From Octopus vulgaris (lineage: Eukaryota): 64,000 bases of DNA. Below are positions 26,217 to 41,906 of the stretch, piece after piece. Below the pieces are notes generated by a model. That model did no database searches, was not told where the DNA came from, and worked only from the letters and a program-made list of their open reading frames with translations. The stretch covers positions 100,502,001 through 100,566,000 of the forward strand of contig OX597819.1 in the NCBI GenBank assembly GCA_951406725.2, read 5' to 3'. A program made the position numbers and the translations under genes. The stretch's first letter is position 1. Every line of letters begins with the position of its first letter.

Positions 26217-26487
26217 ATGTACTGATCCGTGATAGAAAATTTGATAAAAAAAGTACACCATCTGGTGAGAGATGAATATTATATATTTAAAAATCACAAT
26301 GCACGTATTAAAGCGCTACTAATATTTTCATATGTTGGGAGATCTCAAACATATTCTTCAGGCGCAAATCACATATAACGACATCTTTGTGATATGTAGT
26401 TTGCGCCTTAAGAATATGTCTGAGTTCTTTCAAAATTTGAAACTCACAATAGCACTTCAATATATGTATTGTGACTTTTAAATAAAT
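26217..26487. mobile_element. Diverged inverted-duplication element with two divergent HHR copies
   Basis: Arms 26281-26379 and 26389-26487, 9-nt spacer, colinear without indels; left side extends to ~26217. Confidence 0.75.
26313..26365 (-). ncRNA. Type I hammerhead ribozyme motif
   Basis: GCGC CTGAAGA ATATGTT-TGAGATCTCCC-AACATAT GAAA ATATTA GTA GCGC: 4-bp stem I, 7-bp stem II; decayed twin at 26403-26455(+). Confidence 0.75.
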
Positions 26488-26493
26488 AAAATG

Positions 26494-26575
<82 letters not shown>

Positions 26576-26859
26576 CGTGTGATAATGAAGATGAAGCCAA
26601 ATAATGATAATTTGTATTCTTTTAATTGGTACTTTTCAGGGAAGTTCTTACGTAATGGATGCATTTCCTATTGTATATTACGTACATGAACAATGTGAGT
26701 ATGAAATAATTTCTAAATATCACTATTTGGTTTCATTATTACTATTTATACGATGCCAGTACAAACTAGCCGGTCCTGACTCCTCATACGTTGATATTCT
26801 AACAACGATTTGGAATTGTTCGTTGTATTTGTTTGACTCGGGGTGAAAATTCTGGTATG

Positions 26860-27003
26860 TGCGTCGCTTTTTAGCGCAACGCGAGCTGAAATTGCGAGGA
26901 TGATCCGGTTCTTGACTGAAGATTGAAGGCTTCGAATGTCCGTTCCGCGTTTTTTGTATCGTCTCATAAATGTTTTGCGTTCTTGTCTCAGTTTGTATTT
27001 TTA
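26860..27003 (+). mobile_element. GAAA…CTGAAGA family repeat
   Basis: GCTGAAATTGCGAGGATGATCCGGTTCTTGACTGAAGATTGAAGGCTTCGAATG matches 21182-21240. Confidence 0.65.
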
Positions 27004-27039
27004 TACATACATACATACATACATACATACATACATACA

Positions 27040-27105
<66 letters not shown>

Positions 27106-27108
<3 letters not shown>

Positions 27109-27300
27109 AACGTTTACGAAAATAAACAAAAGACGAAGGCAGGTGGAGTACAAACAAACAAATGTAATAGTATAGCGCTCAGGAATAGAAAAATATTTTA
27201 CGTTTCGAGCCTACGCTCTTCGACAGAAAGATACACAGAAAAAAACAAGGAGAGAAAAAAAATGCATGTAGTAGCTAACGATCTATCATGGCGTCTTGAA
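27106..27300 (-). mobile_element. HHR-bearing element in (TA)n (CTGTCGA subfamily)
   Basis: Minus strand 27194-27231: TCTTT CTGTCGA A GAGC-GTAG-GCTC GAAAC GTA AAATA. Confidence 0.8.
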
Positions 27301-28004
27301 CATATATATATATATGTATATATACAAATATAAATACATCTGTAAAAACATAATACACACACGCACATACATTCACATACATACATACATACATACATAC
27401 ATACATACATACACACACACATATATATATATGTGTGTGTATGTATATATATATATATATATATATACACAAATGTATATATATATTTACGTATACGTGT
27501 ATGTATGTATGTGTGCGCGTGTGGAATCTGCCGTCATTTGCAGTAACAAGTGTACCGTTCATAGATCAACTTAATACCTACTGCTTATATTAAAGTATAT
27601 GTGGTTGCGTATACCGTGCACACTTATAACATTATCTCAATGTTCAGGCCAAATAAGAGGGATACTCTGCGATAAGTTTCGCCTTTCGAATTACCAGTAC
27701 ATTCCAGTCGTTTAGCTTCACCACAATTTCCGTAACACCTCTTTTTTAATGTAAAAGAAAGGAAAATAACACCCTCAACGGATCCGCGACGTCCGATCGA
27801 GCACAATAGTGAAATGAAATGCTCAGACACACAACCAAGCTCGCGTCCACTGCAGTTGCAAACATAAGGATGGATATACAACAAGATACAAATATATATG
27901 TAGATTCTCTCCTACCTCTACGACAAAATTTTCACCCGCTCACTACTATATACATATATATATACATATAAACATACATATAGATACCCACATACACATA
28001 CATG

Positions 28005-28090
<86 letters not shown>

Positions 28091-28309
28091 GAGAGAGAGA
28101 GAGAGAAAGATATATATATATATATATATATAATATATATATGCATACATACATGCACACACATATATATATATATATAAACATATGCATATATATCCAT
28201 ACATATATGTACATATATACACAAACATATATACGTACACATATACATACATATATATACATGTATATATATAGACATATCTATATGTGCATGTATGTAA
28301 GTATTTATG

Positions 28310-28366
<57 letters not shown>

Positions 28367-29572
28367 TTGTATATGTATGTATGTATGTATGTATAGATAC
28401 ATACATATATAGACGTACGGATTTGTAGGCGAACTAATCATATTCGTATATTCCAAACTTTGCTTAGTTTTTATCCTACCCGTGAATGGATACACATCTA
28501 TACATAATTATACTGACAACTACACCCATACACACACACACACACACACACGCACACACGCACATATTCATACATAAGAAACACACATGTACATGCATAC
28601 ACGAATAACTACCTACCTACATACATACATACATATAGTGACACGGACTCGCACGCACACACATCTGAACTTTGTCACATACACATAACCATATACATAT
28701 GCATATGTTTCGAGGCAAAAGGATACGTTAGCCCAAGGGAAACATATCTTTTGACCAAGAAAATTAATGAAATCTTTCATATCGATTGAATGTGGTAAGC
28801 TTGTGCCTATCATAGTGTATTGCAATCATTTAGTTCCCTTGACTCTCTGCCATTGCTATATTGCACGTATTACCATTGTGGGAGCATTGTTTCTTGGACG
28901 CTTGACCCAATATAAATGAAATGACACGTACTTGCCCCACAGCTATTGTCCGTGCATAATTTACGTTCATCGATATTTTATTGCTGAGGGAGATACCGAT
29001 ATAGGGAAAGAAAGAGAAATAGGAGGGAAAGGGGAGAAGGAGAGAGATAGACAGACAGTGACAAATAGAGAGAGAGAGAGAGAGAGAGTAAAGGAAGGAG
29101 AGAAAAGCAGAGAGGGATTGTGAAAGTATGTGAGAAAAGGTGGGAGAGAGAAAAAGAGAGAGAGATTCATACAAAAACAGTGAAATAGACACAGAAAGAA
29201 AGAGACAGAGAGGAGGGAATGTGAGAGAATTTCAAAAAGAAAGTTGTAATGCAGTACAAACAAGGACGAAGGAAATATGTGTATATGTACCTGTGTATGT
29301 TTGTACTTATGTGTATATGTATATATGTGTACACGTTTGTTTGGTGAGCATGTGTGAATGTATATACACATTCACACACTTATATGTACTACATACCTAC
29401 TGACATAGACACATGTGTGTGTTTGTGCAGTTGTATAACTAATACGTAGAAGTATCTTCACTATGTTATTTCTCTACACGAATATATATCAAGGTATCCT
29501 TCATTTCCCGTTCAGTCAGTTCTTCGTGTCTCACTGACCACCTCAGTATGTATATATACATATATTTATATT

Positions 29573-29619
<47 letters not shown>

Positions 29620-29835
29620 ATGTGTGTGTGTGTGTATGTATGTATGTGTGTGTATGTATGTATGTGTGTGTCTATGCATGTATGCATATATGTATGTACA
29701 TATATACATACATACATATATACATATATACACACACAAATATATATATATATATATATGTATATCTATATAAATACATACACATATATATATATACATA
29801 CATATATATACATAACTATCTATCTACTTTATGTA

Positions 29836-29980
<145 letters not shown>

Positions 29981-29986
29981 TGATAG

Positions 29987-30017
<31 letters not shown>

Positions 30018-31129
30018 TATATGTATATTGCAAAACAGATACCAATATATGTACGTGGAGAGGCATAAAATAGTGAATGAAATGAATGAAGCTTGCAAGA
30101 GAGATATGGAAAAAGAATGTTTAGAGAGTTAGTAATACTCCACAAATACAGGCGAGTGCATGTGTGTGTATGTGTGTGTGCCTGTTTCTCTGTGTGTGCG
30201 TGTTTTCCTGTTTATGAGAGTTTACTGAGAGAAAGACAGAGACAGGGTGAGAAAGAAAGGTTTATAAAAAAGAAAAAAAATAGGATAGTGTTGTGTAAGA
30301 AAAAAGGAAAGATGGAAAGATTTATATAAAAATGTAGTGTGTGTGTGTGTTACAAAGTGAAGCAGGGTCAGAAAAAGTAAGCGATGAATAGATTATGGGA
30401 TAGAGAGGGAATGAAAAGATGGGAGAGAGAGAGAAAGAAGGAAGGAAGAAATAGAGCTAGATACGTAAAATATTATTAGAGAACTGTAAAGGGTATTCAG
30501 TGATTAAAGAGAGTAAGAGACTGCAGGAGGGATATATAGAAGTAGATAAAATGATAGCAACCGATGTGTGAGAGAGAGGTGTAGAGAGATTAGAGATTGA
30601 GAGAAGAGAAAGAGAGATTGAAAGACAGTAAGGAATAAAGAAAGAAAAAAAGAAAAAAAAAAGAAGAACAGTAAGAGAGCGAGAGAGAGATAAATATGCT
30701 AATATACATATGAAACAATGGAGGTGAAAGGTGTAAATTAGGAGAGCGAAAAGAATCAAAGTTGGGAATATCGAAAGAAGTTAATATGAGTTTGGTAGGG
30801 AGAGAGAAAGTAGAGGGGATAGTAAGTAAGAGAGAAGTGTGAGTGTATGTTTATGTTACATGATGAAAACATGTAGGTATATCACATGCATAGCACATAC
30901 AGATATTATACACATACATACATATGTGTGTATGTGTGTATCATATATGTATGGCAATATATATATATGTGTGTGTGTGTGTATGTGTGTGTGGGTGTGT
31001 ATACATATATGTGTAAAGGTATATATATATAATATATATATATATACATGTATATGCATATATTTAATGTAATATAAAGCACCCATATACTCATACATAT
31101 GTACACACACACATGCAAACACACACACA

Positions 31130-31207
<78 letters not shown>

Positions 31208-31235
31208 TAGATAGATAGATAGATAGATAGATAGT

Positions 31236-31343
<108 letters not shown>

Positions 31344-32049
31344 AGCACACATATACACAGTCACACACAATTTAAAAAAATTTGTAGATAGACAAAATCG
31401 AACTAGAAAGATATGGCGAAACAATGGTATATAGAAGAAAAATAAAGTGAGTGTATATATTTGTTCGACGAAAATCAAAAAATGTTCAGATGGGAAAAAG
31501 GTAATGAATAAGCGTGAAAAGGAAAAGGACACTTTACGATGTAGTGTATGCGGAATTTATCCTGAGAATAGTGGATGTCTGTAGAAATGAAAGTGAAAGT
31601 AAGTTATTTTTAGACACCGAGAGAGGGAATATGAGAGAGAGAGAGACAGAGAGGGAGTGGAATGGCGGATATATATAGAGAAAGACAGTGATGACGAAAA
31701 GAAAAGTGTGAGAGCTGGTATGTTAAAAAGAAGAAGTAGAGAGAAAGAAAACTGTGGGTAATGGAGAGAGTAGGTGATGCAGAGAAGGATAGAGTGAATA
31801 GCGGCAAATGCTTTGAAGAAACACAAAAGTAGGAGGGGCGTTAAAGGGGGGGGGGGCGAATAACATTTGGTGGCGAGGTTGTATTGACAGTTAGTGAGAG
31901 TGCGATATGAGACAAGGATGAGAATTAGAGAGAACGAAAGCGGAGAGATGAAAAGAGATATACAATTATGTATATATATATATATATATACATCATAATA
32001 TATACATACTTCTATGCAAATATTATATATATATATGTTATATATATAA

Positions 32050-32175
32050 AATTTTTATTTCTGTCCATCTCGTCCAAATGACACACACACACACACACAC
32101 TACACACACACACACTACACACACTTATGCGTGCGTGTGTGTGTAGTTTAGACGAGATGGACAAAGATGAAAATT
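32050..32175. repeat. Imperfect inverted repeat enclosing a CA/TG tract (MITE-like)
   Basis: TGTCCATCTCGTCCAAATGACACACAC … GTGTGTGTAGTTTAGACGAGATGGACA. Confidence 0.7.
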
Positions 32176-32809
32176 ATTGTTAAGAAGTGGGATGTAAAAT
32201 GTAAAAAGAAAAAGCTTCGCGGCCTCTGAACAACTGGTCGAATACTCAGGCGATTCCTAGTAAACACACTCACACCGAAGCACGCACGCACAAACACAAG
32301 CGTTATTGAAGCATTTGTATGTATTTGTATGTATCTGTGAATGATTCGGCGACTGGCTGAAGGTACATTACATACATATATGCCTAAGTATAAGGGTGTA
32401 TATGTGTGTGTACGAATGCTTTTTGTTTACGTGTAAAAGTGAAAACAAGAGTAAAATAACACGTACAGAAACTCACACACACACATACACACGCACAAGT
32501 ATAAAAAGAAAATAATGAAAGAGACAGAGAACAAAAGAAAAACACCACCAACAACAAAATATTAATCAAAAGAGGAATATAGAAAAATACAATCTAAAAA
32601 TAAGGGACTAGTGAGGTGCACAGGGATAAATAGGTTAGGGATATAAAAGGGGATGGATGAAATGCAGTAGAAACGCAGGTTTAAGAAAGGAGAAAAGAGA
32701 TCAAGGGCAAAGAGAACATATATACATATTTACATATACATATATGTATATATGCATATATATATTTCTAGAAGTATGTATACATACATATGTACTTCTA
32801 TAGGTATAA

Positions 32810-32876
<67 letters not shown>

Positions 32877-32889
32877 CATCATTTATATA

Positions 32890-32928
<39 letters not shown>

Positions 32929-32952
32929 TATTTATATATATGCATGCACATG

Positions 32953-32994
<42 letters not shown>

Positions 32995-33017
32995 CATACA
33001 TTCTTTATATATATGCT

Positions 33018-33055
<38 letters not shown>

Positions 33056-33360
33056 TGTGTATCTATACGTGTATACTTATTTACATACATGTTTATGTGT
33101 ATATGTGTGTGTGTATATACGTGTATATATTCGGGTATGCATAATATTTATATATAATAAAGATATCATATATATATATATATATATATATATACTTCTA
33201 TATGTATGTATACATTTATTTACTCACATATACATACAAAGATGTGTGTTCTATAGACGTGTATGTACAATATATATATTTATATACATAGAGAGAGCGC
33301 GAAAGAAGGGATAGTTAGATAGATACATATATAAAGAGATGAAGATAATAGATTGATAAG

Positions 33361-33499
<139 letters not shown>

Positions 33500-34187
33500 A
33501 TACTGACATGCAGAGTGAATAAAAGAGGAAAGAAATTATAAATGCGTGTCAGAAAATAATAATATAAAGAAACGAGTTGGAGGGAACAAAAGATGGTGTG
33601 GAGGAAAAGGTGGATGAGAAAGAGTGAGTGAGAGAGAGGAAGAAAGAGAGAGAAAGAGAGAGAGGAAGAGAAAGAGTGAGACAAAGAGAGTGAGAGGGAG
33701 GAAGAGTGAGAGAGAGATCGTTGGTGTGGATGGGAAAATGGCCGATAGTTTATAGCCCGATGGTCTGGATATCACGGAGTCTTTCCTTATTTCCCTCGAC
33801 CAAATCCTTGCCAATAACTTAGCCAACAAGAAAAAAAAAACACTTACATGTTCATATGTCTGAGTGTGTGTGTGCCTGTAATAATACCTGTTTTCATATA
33901 TGTTTTCATACGTATATGGTTGTGTGCATGTAGTTGTGTTAGTGTATGTTCATATATATGTTACATACACATGTTTCAAAATATGTTCGAATACATATAT
34001 GTACATGTATATGCATATGTGCATATCTGTATATGTATTGCCATATCAATAGCTATCTACTTGTCTCTCTACCTACCCTCTATCTCTGTCTCTCTTTTCT
34101 TTCTCTCTCTCTCTATATATATATACATAAATATATATATATATATATATACATATATATGCACACATATATATATATATATATAAA

Positions 34188-34286
<99 letters not shown>

Positions 34287-35251
34287 TTATATTTATACAT
34301 ATATATGTATATATATGCGTATATATATATATACATATATATACGCATATATATACATATGTGCAAATACATACACATATATATGCATATATATATATAT
34401 GTATATATATATGTGTGCATATACATGCATATATATATATACATGCATGCATTTGTTATGCGTGTGTATGTGTGCGTATATATGTTGGCATGTATATACG
34501 TTTGTGTACATGATAGTGTGCATGTACGTGTGTATTTCTATATATGCTAACGTTGTTGCAAACAAGAATGATTGTATTTTATTAATACTTCTTTTTTTTT
34601 TTATACATTTTGTCTTTACTTGTGTTTTTTTTTTTTGTTTTTTTTTTTTGCTTGCTGTTGGAAGAGAATAGAATTCACGTCAAGTGGCGTAGCAGGAATT
34701 ATGTATGAATGGTTGATGTGGCATGCTCCTTGGACCTGAACTTCCGGTCAGTCGATCCATTGCCGTAATAGTATAGAATACATTAACTATAGCCGATATT
34801 AAAGGCTACAAGAGAAGACAGATACGCATTTACTCCGTAACCCCTTCAGCATTCCGCCTATCACACTGTGGTTCCTGTTTCCCCTCTATTCATTAAGGAG
34901 TATGATGTGTTTTGTTTCTTTCTGCGCCTCTCTGTATATTTGTGTGTGAGTATATATATATATATATATATATGCGCATATTTGCGCACATTTCTATTAA
35001 TATATCTGTGCACATACATATACGTGATGGTGCTTTTATATTTATGGCTGGGTCATCTTAGTCTGAGTACATCTCATGGGTGAATGATGGTTGGGGGGGA
35101 AGATCTTTTTTTTTTCCAACAGATTTTCATAAATTTATAAATATAACGGCAATACAAGGAGAGTTAAAATGAACAATAACAGGTCAAGAATGGCGGAAAA
35201 ATTCAATTCTTCCACAATGTCCATTTTCGAGCCGAATTTTATATACGCATG

Positions 35252-35338
<87 letters not shown>

Positions 35339-36723
35339 ATATATATATATCTGTCTGTCTATCTGTCTGTTTGCCTGTCTATCTATATATATCAATCTAT
35401 CCATATATCTATGTATCTATCCATCTATTTTTTGTCTGTCTGTCTGTCTCTGTTTTTCTCTCTCTCTCTCCCTCTCTCTTTATATATATATATACATACG
35501 TACATACATACATATATATGTATATATATGTATGTATGTATTTCTGTATGTGTGCGTGTATCTATTGGTAGACAGATACATAGATACATACATAGTGTAT
35601 TTAGAGTATGACATTCGATATCGTTTCTGGCATAGAGATGTATTATAATAATTATTTAGAATACCAAAAAGTAAATTATTGAGCTATTATCAATCTAGTT
35701 TTACTACAGTATATTCTTAAAGATATATATATCTAAATATACATAATATACTTACACAACCTCTAGAAATAAACATATATATCTACACATATATTTAGTG
35801 TATACGAAAATTTTATATTGTTATCTTATGATAATAACTTGATACTAATATATCAGAACATATACTAAATGTTTGCTATTATCTAACCTAAATATATGCT
35901 TTATGCAATTACATATAACAATAACAAATTTTCAGGCTGCTGATTTTCTTTAGAATGATAAAATATAAATTTAAAGAGAGCTTAGAAGCATATACCTTGC
36001 AAACTTATACATTAAATTTACGATCAGAACACGCGTGGTTTCGGGAATCAAATTTCGTCAGGTATTTGGTTATTGAATAAAATGGGCAAAGAAACGATAT
36101 GAATGATTCTGCAACATGAATTGGTAATCTATCAGATGCCTGTCAAATAGCATTAGATTTGCCTTCATTCCGGCTTTTATAGTACAGAGTGAAAGATATT
36201 TCAACATATGAACAAGTGCAATGAATGTGAAGAGGCACGGAATCATACAATTGAACGAATCATTCAATAAAAGACATGTTCATAAATTGGTATAAAAATG
36301 CGAATCCATAAGCCGAAAATGCATCAAATGTTTACGAAATGCAGTGCCAAACCTGACAGCAGTTACCAAAAGGAGATTGTTAAAAGGAAGACAGTCACTC
36401 AATTCCGAAAATTTATTAGATAGATATCTGTATACTATCGAAATATCAAACGCTTTTTATATACAAAAAGAATTAATCAAGACAAGGCGGTATTTACAGT
36501 CGGGAATATCAAAATTAGGATGCAATGCAGCTCAAAGGTATTCTGGGGAAATTATATCAGCATATACACATTTATATTTATATATCCTTTTCCCTATTCA
36601 ATATGTTGTGTAAATGTTATAAATTGATTTGATACCTTACAACTACTTGTTCATATGGCGTTCCCATATAGCTTCATATAAATATACATACATAGGTAAA
36701 TAAAAATTTGTATGCAGATACAA

Positions 36724-36774
<51 letters not shown>

Positions 36775-36810
36775 TGTATTATGTATGTATACATGTATCT
36801 ATCGATCTAT

Positions 36811-37040
36811 GCGGCGAGCTGGCAGAAACGTTAGCACGCCGGGAAAAATGCGTAGCCGTATTTCGTCTGCCATTACGTCCCGAGTTCAAATTCTGCCGAG
36901 GTCGACTTTGCCTTTCATCCTTTCGGGGTCGATAAATTAAGTACCAGTTACGCACTGGGGTCGATGTAAACTAATTAATCCGTTTGTCTGCCCTTGTTTG
37001 TCCCCTCTATGTTTAGCCACTTGTGGGCAGTAAAGAAATA
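36811..37040 (+). mobile_element. tRNA-derived SINE (Nin/Deu-domain-like), near full length
   Basis: GCGGCGAGCTGGCAGAAACG…GAGTTCAAATTC (B box)…GCCTTTCATCCTTTCGGGGTCGATAAATTAAGTACCAG…TGTGGGCAGTAAAGAAAT. Confidence 0.9.
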
Positions 37041-37088
37041 TATCTATATATTAATCTATCTATCTATTTCTCTCTCTATATATATGTA

Positions 37089-37133
<45 letters not shown>

Positions 37134-37155
37134 ATATATGCTTGTATATATATAT

Positions 37156-37186
<31 letters not shown>

Positions 37187-37932
37187 CATGCATACATACA
37201 TCACAGCCAAAAATCTGTTTATAATTGGGTTGTACGGATCATCCCTAGCATTTCTACTCTGCTTCCATACTGTGAAGCTGTTCCTCTAATTGCGTAGTGT
37301 GACTTGAAATCTTCCTTTGTGGATTAATTTTTGAATTCCCCCAAACTTTGAATTTGCATGTCAACCTAAGACAGAGCATGAATAGACATATTTTCCATAT
37401 TCAGGATTTTTTTTCCTTTGCCACTTCGTGCTTCAGCCAACGAGACACATAAGATTTGGGGATCTAGTGTTCAGTAACTGTCCTAACACTGTTCACAACA
37501 TTAGAGTCGAGATAACTGCAACTATGATTGACACAATCTGTTTCTGGGGCCTTTGAGACAACTTTTCCTATCTTGCAGCTCCTAGAATTTTTGGTGTTAT
37601 TCCCTATATATGGCAAATCTAGCTATCCGTCAAATTTTTCCAGTTTATTAGATTTCAAATATTTGTGTTCAGTAGGGAAATGTTTCGAAGTAAATTTAAA
37701 ACTTTTCTGGCAATACTATATTTCGCATTCCATGTTTAGTAATAAAGGGACTTAACTACAAAATATTACTGAATCCTAATTAACGAGTGTTGTTTAGAAT
37801 TGGGAGAGAGTTTAATTTTCTTATCTCAAACCTGTATTCTTCAGCGATTTGTGGAAGTGATTTGTTTCTGAGGTAGCACTGGAGACAGTTATCCAAATGC
37901 TACCGACAAAGCTTAGAAAAAAGAGGTAGAAA

Positions 37933-38141
37933 GCGGCGAGCTGGCAGAAACGTTATCACACGAGATTAGCGGTATTTCGTCTGCCGTTGAAATTCCGCCG
38001 AGGTCGACTTTGCTTTTCATCCTTTCGGGGTCGAAAAATTAAGTAGCAGTTACGCACTGGGGTCGATGTAATCCACTTAATTCCTTTGTCTGTCTTTATT
38101 TGTCCCTTCTATATTTATCCCCTTGTGGGCTATAAAGAAAT
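37933..38141 (+). mobile_element. SINE, same family as 36811-37040
   Basis: Direct alignment, with small internal deletions. Confidence 0.9.
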
Positions 38142-38276
38142 GAGAAAAAGAGGTTGAGTGTCCATCAATTACAACAGAAAATTATATTATGTTTCCTAAA
38201 TAGTTGCTAATCCTAAATGTTCCGATCTAAGGGAACATCTAGAGATAAACTTGTAATTAGCACTGATCCAAAAATA

Positions 38277-38359
38277 ATACGTAGATACGTATTCATACGT
38301 AGATACGTATTCATACGTAGATACGTATTCATACGTAGATACGTATTCATACGTAGATA
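38277..38359. repeat. 18-bp minisatellite, about 4.6 perfect copies
   Basis: Unit ATACGTAGATACGTATTC. Confidence 0.95.
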
Positions 38360-38361
38360 TA

Positions 38362-38907
38362 TTGTGTTGGTCGGAATGCTCGTGCCGATTTTTAAAGGAA
38401 AGTAAAAGGTCAATAAATACTTGCCATTACACTTTTAATCAACCAAATATGAACCATTTTGTAGCACATTGCATCTCCATCTTTCCTTTAACTTGAAAAT
38501 ACCCTCTTCCCAGATTTGAGGTGGTTTCATGGCAAACAATTCATCAAGGTATCTTTTTACGTCATCCAAGGAATTGAAATTTTTACCATTAAGACTATTC
38601 TGTAGGGACCTGAATAAGTGGAAATCCGAAGGAGCAATATCTGGTGAATATGGAGGGTGGGGTAACAATTTTTCTCTGGTTCTCAAAGCATCAAGTGCCG
38701 AAAATGAACTTTCTTATCTTCCCTTTTAAAGGGTTAAAGAATTAACACAGGTTATGGAAACATAAATCTCCTTCCACGAAAAGATAGCTTAAAATGTTCT
38801 CTGAATGGAGGTGGAGACAAATCCTATTTTATGGACTCAACCATGTTCTAAAATAAGTCGAAAAGTAAGCTACTATAGATCGGCACGGACTTTCCGGACA
38901 AACCCAA
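38362..38907 (-). mobile_element. Internally deleted mariner element
   Basis: Imperfect TIRs (TTGTGTTGGTCGGAATGCTCGTGCCGAT / ATCGGCACGGACTTTCCGGACAAACCCAA); ORF 38435-38686 has HPPYSPDIAPSDFHLFRSLQN…ERW…NGSY. Confidence 0.9.
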
Positions 38908-39256
38908 ACAGTAAATTTATGATGACTTTGTGCGTCCATTTACTCAAATGTAGCTAAATATTTCCCTACGTGCCGGTCTATGTATAAGGTGCAAATTTTA
39001 CCTTTGAGTCATCGAAGGATAAATAATCCAAAGAAATTTCTTATAGCTGCTCCATCAAAGCAGATCAACATGGTATCAAATGGATCTCTCCTATATTTTT
39101 TTCAACCTATGTGAACGTCGGAATAATATATATGCATATACATATAGAAGCACACATGCGCCAACACACTTAGACCTCCCACACACGCACACACACATAC
39201 ACAAATGCACACACGAACACATATTCATATACGGACATACATATATACATACATAC

Positions 39257-39303
<47 letters not shown>

Positions 39304-39386
39304 AAGTTATGTAAGTATATGTATATACCTATATACGTATTATGTATACATAAAGACGTGCGCGCGCATACACATATATATACCTG

Positions 39387-39419
<33 letters not shown>

Positions 39420-39495
39420 AAGTGTATATATAGGTAAACATTCTCATATGCACATGCTTATATATATATATAGACATACTGAGAGGCAGATAGAC

Positions 39496-39546
<51 letters not shown>

Positions 39547-39611
39547 GATAAATATAAATATTCCAATATAGTCGCATATATGAACATATATGTATGTTTG
39601 TATGTATATAA

Positions 39612-39669
<58 letters not shown>

Positions 39670-39702
39670 ATGTGTGGGTGCCTGAGTACATGCATAGTTG
39701 TG

Positions 39703-39746
<44 letters not shown>

Positions 39747-40178
39747 AACACGCATATATGCATATACATACTTGCATACATTCATGTGTGTGTGTGTGTG
39801 TGGTATTCACATTCATGCACACGCACATATTCGTTAATCTTGACTCTATGCGAACAAATGAATACATACAGAAACGTGCATATATATATATGTGAGCCTT
39901 TTTTATGCTCGTGTGCATATTTATATATGGACACGGTGGAGACTGAATATAGACGTGTAGTCGTTTCAAAAGCCCACAAGTAATTATAGGTGACTATCGT
40001 AGTCAAATCGATAATAATAACCGCGACGGACTATCGAATGACAATCAATTTCAAATTTGGTAAGTGTGAAAGTTCCTTAGAGTTTATTGGTCTTTGTTCT
40101 TCGTTACAGTCATCAGCATCATCGTATTCGTCGTCGCTGTCGTCGTCTCCGTGATCATCGGCATCTCTGTTGTTGTTG

Positions 40179-40213
<35 letters not shown>

Positions 40214-40315
40214 ATTAATATCTTTATCATTTTTTTATCATCATTCAGATTACTTTCCTGGAAAAGAAAAATTCCTAACATCGGGCTACAAGTGACCTTA
40301 GATGCTTAATAACAC

Positions 40316-40546
<231 letters not shown>

Positions 40547-41073
40547 CATCCTCATCATCACAGCTACAACTAATGTTTTTATAATTATATTTCTTATTAT
40601 TTTCCTTATTATTCTTCATTTGTAGTTTTTATATGATTTAGTTAATTTACTTTATAGCTGAGACTTTATGTCTTGAAGCAGTGTACTGTTAAAAATATAT
40701 TTTAACGTTGTTTTGTTGCTTTAGACAGTGTAGTGCAGTATTGGTGCCTTAACTGTAGTAAATTTGATTCGCACTTTGGTTCTTTACAAATCACTTTTTC
40801 TTATATATTATTGGGAAACCTTGCCAAGTAGCCTCCACTTAAGAAAAAAGTAGACAAACATAAAACCTACAAAATTACACAGATACGTACATATACATGC
40901 ATAAGCATTTCCATATATGTATGTATGCATGAATGTACGTATATATATATATTTATATTTATATGTATGGATACATACGTATATTTATATATACACATAA
41001 AAACATACATACACACACATACGTATATGTAGATACGCATACACACATAGAGACAGAGACAGGCATATATTGG

Positions 41074-41110
<37 letters not shown>

Positions 41111-41333
41111 TTGTATATATGCATATATAAATTCATAGGTTAGTAATATATATTGAAGCGTGTTTTAGCAGCCTTATTAGAGTAATTTAATTTTAAATGA
41201 ATTTTAGTTTCGTCTCACATTTATATATTTCTGTAGAACAGGAAACTTTATGTACATCTAGACAATTAATTAGATAGAGCGATTTTATCTATCTATCTAT
41301 CTAACTATCTATCTATCTTTCTATCTATCTATC

Positions 41334-41364
<31 letters not shown>

Positions 41365-41906
41365 CTATCTATCTGTCTATCTAGTTACCTGTCTGTATAT
41401 ATGTTTGCCTGTCTCCTCTCTTTTTGTGTGTGTGAATGCTTGCGTGTGTGAATGCCAGATTCTGCTTGTACACACACACGCACACACACATACACACACA
41501 GTCTACCTATCTATCTGCATATCTGGTAGGCTATTTGACTCTCTCTGTCTTTCTAAGAAGGAGTTAGGAAGTGTGAGGAAGATAGAATTTAAAAAAAGAT
41601 TGGGAGAAAGAAAAGTAAGTCGAAGTTATTGTATGGTAGACTTAGGGAGGGATTCCCGAATAAAACTAAGTTATAGAAACGCAACACAAGACTATTATGG
41701 CATATGAACACTCACATAAACGCACACTCACGCAACATCGCATATTTTAATTCAGTGGTATCCCCCAAAATGTGATTAGAGACCGTCCACCATTTTAGAA
41801 TAAGAGAGTCTCACGTCAAGGTCATTAGAATCTATAAAAACTGATTAGATACTTTCCTAATTGACTTTAGAACTTAAAAACCTGGAGAAGTTTTAATACT
41901 TTAATT

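Noticed and set aside
36030-36063. Minus-strand CTGACGA…GAAAC boxes 12 nt apart
   Set aside because: The intervening AATTTGATTCCC cannot form stem II, and there is no stem I or valid UH triplet.
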